A model generated the notes under the pieces. The model was not told the DNA's origin. It did no database searches and saw nothing but the letters and a program-made list of their open reading frames with translations. Shown in pieces: positions 6,468-12,873 of a stretch of DNA of 12,873 bases. The stretch is from positions 1 through 12,873 of the forward strand of contig DATKMM010000022.1 in NCBI GenBank assembly GCA_035541855.1, given 5' to 3'. The DNA is from Minisyncoccota bacterium. GTDB taxonomy: Bacteria > Patescibacteriota > Minisyncoccia > UBA6257 > 2-01-FULL-56-20. Numbering within the stretch: the first letter of the stretch is position 1; each line of letters starts with the position of its first letter. Both the position numbers and the translations under genes were made by a program.

Positions 6468-6983
6468 TCACTGGGGCTGGAAGGCGCCGGCGGCACAGAA
6501 GCTCAACCCGAGGTTCACGCCGGCGTAGTCCGGATCAACATCTATCGTCGTCCCGACCTTGACGTTCAACTTGCACGCATCGGCCTGCGAAATACCAAGC
6601 GCCTGAAGGAACGCCTGTTCCGCCTCGGCGCGGACGGTCTCGAACGGCGCGGCTTCGATGAGAATATTGAAACTGCTGTCGGGCGCATAATAAGTAATGT
6701 TGTAAGTGCTGGTCTGCTCGATAAGGATGGCCGTATGGTCGGCGCTTACCTGCCGGGTGGTGTTATAGAAATTGTTCATGACGACGCCTCCCTCCGGCGT
6801 CCCGATGGTCAGCGTCGCCCCGGTTGGCGGCGTGAATGGCGCCGTACCGGTCGCAACCGGCGGCAAGGTTCCCGTCGTTCCGCCGCCGCCCGCGGGCGAC
6901 GACCCGCCGCGAAGAACGAAGAACAGCGCCCCAGCGGCGATGGCGATGACTACAACGGTTCCGATGATGATTGTTTTTCTCAT
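6468..6983 (-). CDS. Membrane-anchored extracytoplasmic protein of unknown function (171 aa)
   Basis: An N-terminal TM anchor TIIIGTVVVIAIAAGALFFVL is followed by a G/T/P-rich linker (SSPAGGGGTTGTLPPVATGTAPFTPPTGATLTIGT) and a roughly 110-aa globular region with two Cys. It lies 6 nt after the fusion gene, overlaps paralog 4's GTG, and shows good high-GC codon bias. No family was recognised. Confidence 0.65.
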   Translation of the reverse strand: MRKTIIIGTVVVIAIAAGALFFVLRGGSSPAGGGGTTGTLPPVATGTAPFTPPTGATLTIGTPEGGVVMNNFYNTTRQVSADHTAILIEQTSTYNITYYAPDSSFNILIEAAPFETVRAEAEQAFLQALGISQADACKLNVKVGTTIDVDPDYAGVNLGLSFCAAGAFQPQ

Positions 6984-6989
6984 GTTTGT

Positions 6990-7802
6990 TTATGACCCGC
7001 AGGCCTTCCGGGTGGCCGGCCCCCACAAGCTCCAGTTGGTGCCGCTCTTGGAGAGCAAACACGCTTCCGTGATATTGGTCGTCGGGTTCTTCGCGGCGGC
7101 CAGGCATTGCTGGTAGAGCGACTGGTTCGTCACGGTGCAGTGGGGATTACTGCCGGTATAACGATTGCTGAACGCGCTCGGGCAGTTGAGCGTCTGGCCG
7201 GTGGTCGGGTCCGATATGGTGTTCGCGGAAAGGTTGATCTGGAAGAGCCCTATGGACGCGTAATTGCCGTCGTCGCATTTGTCCCCTTGCGCGTTCGGGT
7301 TGCCGCTGCTCTCCACGTTGCAGACCCCGCCGGCCTTCTGGGCATTATTGCTCCCCATGCAGCTACCCTGCAATTGCGCCGTACTGCACGGGCCACTGGA
7401 AGGCGCCTGGCATCTCCCGCCGGTACCGCTGCCCCCTCCCGTCGTACTGCTCCCGTTCCCTCCACCGATCCCATTGACCGCGCCCTGCGGCAGGGCGGAA
7501 AGCAACGGCAGCGAGCAGCTGGTCAGGCCAGGATTGATGGTATAGAGGATCAGGTAGGCGCCGGCGAGCAGGAGAATGCCGATAAGCGCGCTCCAGATCC
7601 AGCTTCTCCCTTCGCTTTGGCGGCTGGCATTTCCGGCCGACGTGGCGTACTTGAGCCCCCCATATACTATAGCGCCGAACGCCAGAATGCCCGCAGCCAG
7701 CAGGGCGAAATAATAGAAATTCACGATCCATCCACAGGGGCCCGCGGAAAGCGGGATGCCGCCGGGGAGGTTGGTGCCGATGGTGATCGCTGCCTGGTTC
7801 AT
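6990..7802 (-). CDS. Fusion protein: N-terminal TrbC/VirB2-like two-helix module plus C-terminal Cys-rich lysozyme-like/lytic-transglycosylase (VirB1/GH23-GH22-like) domain
   Basis: Residues about 20-90 (PCGWIVNFYYFALLAAGILAFGAIVYGGLKYATSAGNASRQSEGRSWIWSALIGILLLAGAYLILY) align with the pilin core, including the Cys before TM1 and the KY[LA]T[SA][AS]G loop. The C-terminal ~180 aa contain CNVESSGNPNAQGDKCDDGNYASIGLFQINLS. This resembles the catalytic Glu-Ser and GLMQ(I)N motifs of SLT/VirB1 and the ES…DGSTDYGILQIN of C-type lysozyme. There are about 13 Cys in all. Confidence 0.75.
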   Translation of the reverse strand: MNQAAITIGTNLPGGIPLSAGPCGWIVNFYYFALLAAGILAFGAIVYGGLKYATSAGNASRQSEGRSWIWSALIGILLLAGAYLILYTINPGLTSCSLPLLSALPQGAVNGIGGGNGSSTTGGGSGTGGRCQAPSSGPCSTAQLQGSCMGSNNAQKAGGVCNVESSGNPNAQGDKCDDGNYASIGLFQINLSANTISDPTTGQTLNCPSAFSNRYTGSNPHCTVTNQSLYQQCLAAAKNPTTNITEACLLSKSGTNWSLWGPATRKACGS

Positions 7803-7806
7803 GTCA

Positions 7807-8271
7807 TTACAGGGTGCATGCGGCTGTTCCGAAACCGCCGATCAATCCCGTGAGATGGAAGAATTGGACGACAGTCGAAACCAGGACCCAAGCGCAAAGC
7901 ACGATGACCACGCCCCAGACCGCTCCCGTGATCGTCTTCTTGCCCCGCCCGACCATTTCGGGACTGGCGCCGGCGAGGATGATCATGATGCCGCCGACCA
8001 GGATCAGGATCGGGGCGATGATCCACAGGATGAACGCGATCACGAAATAGATGACGTTCGCCATCTCCGCGACGAAGTCGCACAGATTACTGCATGCGGG
8101 AAGCGAGGCCGTCCCCGAACTGCCGGTCCCGGTGCAGACGACGAGCGGCCCGTTCAGGATGGTCGGGTCGAACACGTTGCTCTTGACGGGCGCATGGCCG
8201 GCGGCGGCAACGTATGGCAGCGCCAGCAGGGCGATGGCGAAAATCAACTTGATGGCCAGCGGATGTTTCAT
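7807..8271 (-). CDS. TrbC/VirB2-like pilin paralog 5 (divergent)
   Basis: The signal peptide is MKHPLAIKLIFAIALLALPYVAAAG. A variable Cys- and Gly-rich segment follows. The core is CDFVAEMANVIYFVIAFILWIIAPILILVGGIMIILAGASPEMVGRGKKTITGAVWGVVIVLCAWVLVSTVVQFF, with a Gly-rich tail GLIGGFGTAACTL. Its loop AGASPEMVGRGKK is homologous to the loop in paralogs 1-4. Confidence 0.75.
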   Translation of the reverse strand: MKHPLAIKLIFAIALLALPYVAAAGHAPVKSNVFDPTILNGPLVVCTGTGSSGTASLPACSNLCDFVAEMANVIYFVIAFILWIIAPILILVGGIMIILAGASPEMVGRGKKTITGAVWGVVIVLCAWVLVSTVVQFFHLTGLIGGFGTAACTL

Positions 8272-8280
8272 GGCGTTGCC

Positions 8281-9585
8281 TTACTGTCCCCTCATCACGG
8301 TGGTTATGGCGTTCTGCGCGACGCCAAGCGCGTTCGCGGCATTCGACGAGCCGTTCAATACGTTCTCAATGGCCGCATCCATGATCGAATCGATCTGGGC
8401 GTCGTCCGCCTCGTACCACGCCCGCGCCGTGAGCGCCTGGGCCGCGAACGTCCCATAGGTCGGGTCGGTGAGAGCCGCGGCGATGAGACTTCGTCCGGCA
8501 GGCGGCTGGGCCATATCCTTAAGATATACCTCTTCGGCCGCCGGGGTAGTGGTCATATAAATGATAAATTGCCACGCGGCATCAACTTGGCCCCGTTTGG
8601 AAACCGCCAGGCCCTGATAACTTGGATAGTTCACGGCGATCGTGGCGCTGGCCGGCTGCAGCATGGGCGCCACGCCGTAGTCCAAAAACGGCGCCTTCTC
8701 TTTGATCTCCGACATCGCCGATGCATAATCGAACACGATCGCCGTCTTGCCGGCCAGGAAATTTTGCATGGAATCCCCCATCGCGTCGTTCCAGGTATAG
8801 TTCGGCGAGGCCGAATTCGCGAACTGAAGGTAGAAATTAAAAGCCGCCAAACCCGGATTGCTGCCGTCCGGGGCGACGGAAGCGAACGTGGCGGCTGTCC
8901 CATCGTTGCTCACCATATTCGTCCCGTTCTGCAGCATGAGCAGGAAAAGGATGTCCGGCGCATCCGCGATGCTGGCTCCCGAACCGCCGAGCGCGACCGC
9001 CGCCTGCGTGATCTGTCCTTGGGCGTTCAGCGTCCGGAGTTTCGGGATATCGGAATCCAGGTCGTTCCATGTTTTCGGCGGATATACGATGCCGGCCGAA
9101 TCGAACAGGTCTTTGTTGTAATACATCGCGAGCGTGTCGAGCGAAAGCGGCAGGGCATAAACCTGGCCGCCAGCGACGAAATTCTGGGTCACCACCGTCG
9201 GGAAGTCGCCCGCGACCGTTGCCGCCGTGAACGCGGGAGTAAGCGTCGCCGGCGCCGGCGCCATCACCGAATACCATTTCGGCAGGTCGTGGTCGCCAAC
9301 CTCGAAAATGTCCGGGCCGGTACCCGCCGCGAACGCCTTCAGGAGGTCGCCTGCGTACGTCGCCGGATCGTCCTGCAGATAATCGACCGTCACGTTCGGC
9401 GCGACCGCCTTGTACGCCGATGCCATATCGGAAAAGACGGACTTCGGGTCGGTGCCCCAAACCGTCAGCGTGATCTTCTGCGTATTTCCCGTCGGGCGCA
9501 GGCCGAAATAAACGGCGGCAACGACAGCCAAAACCAGCACGACCCCTGCCGCCACGATGACAATTTGTTTTTGGGTGAATTTCAT
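8281..9585 (-). CDS. ABC-transporter-type extracellular solute-binding protein, family 1 (sugar/MalE-like), TM-anchored; no cognate permease or ATPase in the window
   Basis: An N-terminal signal anchor IVIVAAGVVLVLAVVAAVYFGL is followed by ITLTVWG, AAGTGPDIFEVGDHDLPKW (compare MalE ATGDGPDIIFWAHDRFGGY), LPLSLDTLAMYYNKDLF…PPKTWNDL and FDYASAMSEIKEKAPFLDYGVAPM. The ATG at 9583-9585 directly abuts the gyrA stop codon at 9586-9588. Confidence 0.85.
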   Translation of the reverse strand: MKFTQKQIVIVAAGVVLVLAVVAAVYFGLRPTGNTQKITLTVWGTDPKSVFSDMASAYKAVAPNVTVDYLQDDPATYAGDLLKAFAAGTGPDIFEVGDHDLPKWYSVMAPAPATLTPAFTAATVAGDFPTVVTQNFVAGGQVYALPLSLDTLAMYYNKDLFDSAGIVYPPKTWNDLDSDIPKLRTLNAQGQITQAAVALGGSGASIADAPDILFLLMLQNGTNMVSNDGTAATFASVAPDGSNPGLAAFNFYLQFANSASPNYTWNDAMGDSMQNFLAGKTAIVFDYASAMSEIKEKAPFLDYGVAPMLQPASATIAVNYPSYQGLAVSKRGQVDAAWQFIIYMTTTPAAEEVYLKDMAQPPAGRSLIAAALTDPTYGTFAAQALTARAWYEADDAQIDSIMDAAIENVLNGSSNAANALGVAQNAITTVMRGQ

Positions 9586-12009
9586 TTACACCACGATCGT
9601 TCCCGCCAGCCGGTCGCCGCTCTTCAGGTCCATGATCCGCACTCCTTGCGCCGCGCGACCCGTCGTCCGCACCGTTCCAAGTTCCATCCTGATCATCTGT
9701 CCTTTCGCGGAAAGCGCGAATACCTCCTTCTCTCCCGTGATCACGTGCGCGGAAACCACCGGCCCGGTCTTTGGCGTGATCTCGGCGGTCTTGATCCCCG
9801 ACCCGCCGCGACCCTGTGTTTTGTATTCCGCCAGCGAGGTCTGCTTGGCGAACCCGTGCTCCATGACCACGAACAGCTTCGCATCCTCTCCTTTGATAAT
9901 TATATCAAACCCGGCGACCTCATCGTTCTGCTTCTTCAGTTTGATCCCGCGCACCCCTGCCGCCGTCCGCCCCATCGGGCGCACCTGCTTCTCGTCGAAC
10001 CGGATGGATTGGCCCTGGCGCGTCGCGAGCACCGCCTGGTCGGTGCCGCCCGTGAGCTCCGCCCACTTCAACTGGTCGCCCTTTTTGAGCTTGATGGCGA
10101 TGATGCCCGTCCGGCGGATGTTCTCGAAGTCGGCGAGCGGGGTCTTCTTGATGTTCCCCTGCTTCGTCACCATCATCAGGTATTTCTTTTTCTCCCCTTT
10201 GGCCGAATAGTTCACGATCGCGGTCACCCGCTCATCGGCCGGCAATTCGAGGAAGTTCTGGATCGCTTTGCCCTTGGATATGCGCGTCGCCTGCGGAATT
10301 TCGTGGACCTTCGTCTGGAACACGCGGCCGCGGTCCGTGAAGAAGAGCACGTTGTCGTGCGTCCGCGCGCTGAAGAAGTGCGACAGGAAATCGTCTTCCG
10401 CCACGTCGGAACCGATCAGCCCCTTGCCTCCCCGCTTCTGCGCCTTGAACGTGTCCGGCGGCAGGCGTTTGATGTAGCCGCCGGCCGAGACCGTGACGAT
10501 CGCGTCCTCGTCGGTGATCAGGTCCTCGTCGCTCACCGCCTCTACCGCGCGCGCCACGACCTGCGTCCGGCGCTCGTCGCCGTATTTCTCCTTGAGCTCC
10601 TTCACTTCGTCCTTGATGATCTTCAATATCTTCGCCGGGCTCTTCAGGATGAGCGACAGTTCCTCGATGAGCGCCCGCTTCTCCTTCAGCTCGTCGTCTA
10701 TCTTCTTATGCTCCAGCGCGGCGAGCGTTTGCAGCCGCATCTCGAGGATCGCGGTCGCCTGGACGTCGCTCAGTTTGAAAAGCTTCACCAGGTTCGCATG
10801 CGCCTCCTCTTTGTCCTTCGATCTCTTGATGGTCGCGATCACGCGGTCGATCGCATCCAGCGCCTTCGCCAACCCTTCCAATATATGGGCGCGCTCCTCT
10901 GCTTTTTTGAGGTCGAACTGCGTCCGCCGCCGCACGATCTCCTTCCGGTGCGCGATATATTCGGTAATGAAGTCGCGGATCGGCAGCAGGCGCGGCTCGA
11001 TGCCGTTCACGAGCGCGATCATGTTCAGGTTGAAATTCTTCTCGAGGTCGGTGTGCTTATAGAGGAAGTTCAAAACCTTCTGCGGCGGCACGTCGTTCTT
11101 GAGCTCGATCACGATGCGCATCCCCTCCCGGTCGGATTCGTCCCGCAGGTCCCGGATGCCCTCCACCTTCTTTTCAGTGTGCAGCTCGGCAATGGTTTTG
11201 ATGAGCTCCGATTTGTTCACCTGGTACGGGATCTCGGTCACCACGATATCGAACTGTTTGCCTGCCTTGTTCTCCACGATCTCCGCCTTGGCCCGCGCGA
11301 GGATGGCGCCCCGTCCCGATATGTAGGCTTCGCGGATCGCCTTCGCGTCGTAGATAATGCCGCCCGTCGGGAAATCCGGACCCTTGATGAACTGCAGAAC
11401 ATCCTCGTTCGTGGCGTCCGGATTGTCGGCGATATGCAGGATCGCGTCCGCGACCTCGTTCAGGTTGTGCGGCGGGATGCTCGTCGCCATGCCGACCGCG
11501 ATACCAAGCGATCCGTTCAAAAGCAGGTTCGGCAATTTCGCCGGCAGGACCCGCGGCTCCTCGCGCGTCGCGTCGTAGTTCGGGGTCCAATCAACCGTGT
11601 CCTTCTCGATGTCCCCCATCATCTCGCTCGCGATAGCGGAAAGCTTCGCCTCGGTATACCGCATCGCGGCCGGAGGGTCGCCGTCAACGCTCCCGAAGTT
11701 CCCCTGTCCTTTCACCAACGGATAACGCAGTGAAAAATCCTGCGCCAGGCGCACCAAGGTGTCGTAGATCGCCGAATCGCCGTGCGGATGATACCGCCCC
11801 ATCGTGTCGCCGACCACCGTGGACGACTTCCTCGTCTTCGCGTTCGAGGTCAGGCCGCTCTCCCACATAGCCCACAGCACGCGGCGGTGCACCGGCTTCA
11901 GGCCGTCGCGCACGTCGGGAAGCGCGCGCGCGACAATGACCGACATTGCGTAATCAAGGTATGACTCGCCAAGTTCCTTTGTGATCTCTCTTTTTTCCGA
12001 GTTTGCCAT
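9586..12009 (-). CDS. gyrA: DNA gyrase subunit A
   Basis: [28 protein letters not shown] and the [21 protein letters not shown] are present. The active-site Tyr is in [10 protein letters not shown]. The GyrA-box QKRGGKG precedes the beta-pinwheel repeats. At 807 aa the protein is full length. Confidence 0.97.
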   Translation of the reverse strand: MANSEKREITKELGESYLDYAMSVIVARALPDVRDGLKPVHRRVLWAMWESGLTSNAKTRKSSTVVGDTMGRYHPHGDSAIYDTLVRLAQDFSLRYPLVKGQGNFGSVDGDPPAAMRYTEAKLSAIASEMMGDIEKDTVDWTPNYDATREEPRVLPAKLPNLLLNGSLGIAVGMATSIPPHNLNEVADAILHIADNPDATNEDVLQFIKGPDFPTGGIIYDAKAIREAYISGRGAILARAKAEIVENKAGKQFDIVVTEIPYQVNKSELIKTIAELHTEKKVEGIRDLRDESDREGMRIVIELKNDVPPQKVLNFLYKHTDLEKNFNLNMIALVNGIEPRLLPIRDFITEYIAHRKEIVRRRTQFDLKKAEERAHILEGLAKALDAIDRVIATIKRSKDKEEAHANLVKLFKLSDVQATAILEMRLQTLAALEHKKIDDELKEKRALIEELSLILKSPAKILKIIKDEVKELKEKYGDERRTQVVARAVEAVSDEDLITDEDAIVTVSAGGYIKRLPPDTFKAQKRGGKGLIGSDVAEDDFLSHFFSARTHDNVLFFTDRGRVFQTKVHEIPQATRISKGKAIQNFLELPADERVTAIVNYSAKGEKKKYLMMVTKQGNIKKTPLADFENIRRTGIIAIKLKKGDQLKWAELTGGTDQAVLATRQGQSIRFDEKQVRPMGRTAAGVRGIKLKKQNDEVAGFDIIIKGEDAKLFVVMEHGFAKQTSLAEYKTQGRGGSGIKTAEITPKTGPVVSAHVITGEKEVFALSAKGQMIRMELGTVRTTGRAAQGVRIMDLKSGDRLAGTIVV

Positions 12010-12017
12010 AATTGGAA

Positions 12018-12308
12018 TTATTGCGGTTTAACGTTGTATTGCCCCGGCCCGCGCAGTTCCTTCACCGCACCCGCGATCCCGCTCCCGATCGCCTGCCACC
12101 AGCTGCCCGCAGAATTCCGCCCCGCATCCGCGTCTGCCGTTGCCGGCGACGTTGGCGGGGAGATCGAAACCAGGTTGTTGAAATATCCCAACCATATATA
12201 GATCACGGCAAACATGATAACAACGGTGGACGCCACGAGGATCTTCCGCTTCGCCGGCTCGCTGAGCGATCGCAGCTCCTCGAAAAAAGTTTTCCTATTT
12301 TCCTCCAT
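12018..12308 (-). CDS. Small single-TM membrane protein (hypothetical, 96 aa) immediately upstream of gyrA
   Basis: A positive-inside KRK is followed by [21 protein letters not shown]. The stop lies 8 nt before the gyrA ATG. The start overlaps the hydrolase gene's end by 14 nt. Codon bias fits. No family was recognised. Confidence 0.45.
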   Translation of the reverse strand: MEENRKTFFEELRSLSEPAKRKILVASTVVIMFAVIYIWLGYFNNLVSISPPTSPATADADAGRNSAGSWWQAIGSGIAGAVKELRGPGQYNVKPQ

Positions 12309-12873
12309 CTTGTAATATCACCGGCCGCCCTTTGTCGCTCGCGATATCCTTCAATCGAAAGACGAATTTTTCCACCGGCTCCGCCTTTTTCCCAAGCGCC
12401 TTCAGGAAATCATCCGGCGTTTTATAAAAACCCGGGATCGCGATCCGCGCCTCAAGCTGCTTCACGATCTTGGCGGCAACCTCGGGTTCCAAAAAATGGC
12501 CGCCGCCGACCGGCAGGATCAAGACATCCGGATCGGAAAACTCTTCCATGAGCGTCGCGTCGATCGGCCCGGAAAGATGTCCCAGAAAAACGATCTTCAT
12601 TTCTTCCCAGAGAACCGAGTACGCGGTCTTCGCGAATTTCTCCGTCGACTCGCCCTTGATCGGGAACCCTAATATCTCGATCCCCTTGATCTCATACTCT
12701 CCGGGAAATGAGATGACCGGCGCGTCTGAAAAATCTATCGCGGCATCGGTCTCCGTCGAAACAATGGTCTTCAGCGTCACATCCGCCTTCAATCTATTAC
12801 TCTCCGGGTTCACCAAAATCGAGGTGTCCCCGCTTTGCAAACGAAAACATCCGTTTCCAAAATAATTTATAAC
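12295..12873 (-). CDS. MBL-fold metal-dependent hydrolase (Lactamase_B_3/UPF0173-like), 5' end beyond the window
   Basis: The frame stays open to the window edge, where it reads …VINYFGNGCFRLQSGDTSILVNPES. This matches the family start …ITWLGHSCFLIE…ILIDPF. Further on, VFLGHLSGPIDAT…DVLILPVGGGHFLEPEVAAKIVKQLEARIAIPGFYKT matches the C-terminal …DVALLPIGG.FTM…EAA…VIPMHY.T segment. Confidence 0.75.
   Translation of the reverse strand, partial: VINYFGNGCFRLQSGDTSILVNPESNRLKADVTLKTIVSTETDAAIDFSDAPVISFPGEYEIKGIEILGFPIKGESTEKFAKTAYSVLWEEMKIVFLGHLSGPIDATLMEEFSDPDVLILPVGGGHFLEPEVAAKIVKQLEARIAIPGFYKTPDDFLKALGKKAEPVEKFVFRLKDIASDKGRPVILQDGGK

Noticed and set aside
6990-7500. Multiple N-x-S/T sequons in the Cys-rich domain of the fusion protein, seen as a possible N-glycosylation signal
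   Set aside because: The domain is generally Asn/Ser/Thr-rich, so sequons are expected by chance. Nothing in the sequence indicates an N-glycosylation system.
7756-11733. A 1325-aa ORF on the plus strand spanning pilin paralog 5, the solute-binding protein gene and most of gyrA
   Set aside because: It is extremely Arg/Gly/His-rich low-complexity sequence with no recognisable domains. It lies exactly antisense to three well-supported minus-strand genes. It is the classic stop-codon-poor antisense frame of high-GC coding DNA.
12012-12865. Plus-strand ORFs of 179 aa and 131 aa opposite the hydrolase and small membrane protein genes
   Set aside because: These are Arg/Pro-rich or low-complexity antisense frames. 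The minus-strand frames carry recognisable MBL-fold motifs.
1-12873. Search for tRNA, rRNA, CRISPR repeats, IS elements or integrase and att sites
   Set aside because: No spaced direct repeats were seen. No tRNA-like T-arm or acceptor patterns were found in the few AT-rich gaps. There are no transposase or integrase-like ORFs and no terminal inverted repeats, so none is reported.

Overview
This is a high-GC, tightly packed 12.9-kb window with no tRNA, rRNA, CRISPR or IS-like signatures. I cannot run searches, so every family assignment below comes from reading conserved motifs in the supplied translations, and the system-level interpretation is inference.

The plus strand, bases 1-4649, holds the 3' end of a membrane-protein gene and a strong bidirectional terminator. 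A two-component pair follows: an OmpR/PhoB-type response regulator whose stop overlaps the start (ATGA) of a 243-aa histidine kinase that has no sensor domain. Next come a RadC-like JAB-domain protein, a sigma70-like promoter with an imperfect palindrome, and a two-gene operon. That operon encodes an SPFH/band-7 membrane protein coupled to a 3-TM partner protein. Two intrinsic terminators close it.

The minus strand, bases 12873 down to 4766, carries 11 co-directional genes with gaps of 0-56 nt. In order they are a partial MBL-fold hydrolase, a small 1-TM protein and gyrA (807 aa, active-site Tyr and GyrA-box present). A TM-anchored family-1 ABC-type solute-binding protein starts on the base after the gyrA stop codon. 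The remaining seven genes look like a surface-appendage or cell-wall-remodelling module. Five are paralogous small secreted proteins with a signal peptide, a conserved Cys, two TM helices around a short G-x-x-EK loop and a Gly-rich tail. I interpret them as TrbC/VirB2-like pilins. Four of them sit in a tandem array at 4766-6450. One 270-aa gene fuses the same pilin-like two-helix module to a Cys-rich domain carrying lysozyme/VirB1-like catalytic motifs (ESSGNPNA ... GLFQIN). One is a TM-anchored 171-aa protein of unknown fold. No VirB4, VirD4 or VirB6-like genes lie in the window, so this is a pilin-rich module rather than a complete type IV secretion system. The long Arg-rich ORFs antisense to these genes are GC artefacts.
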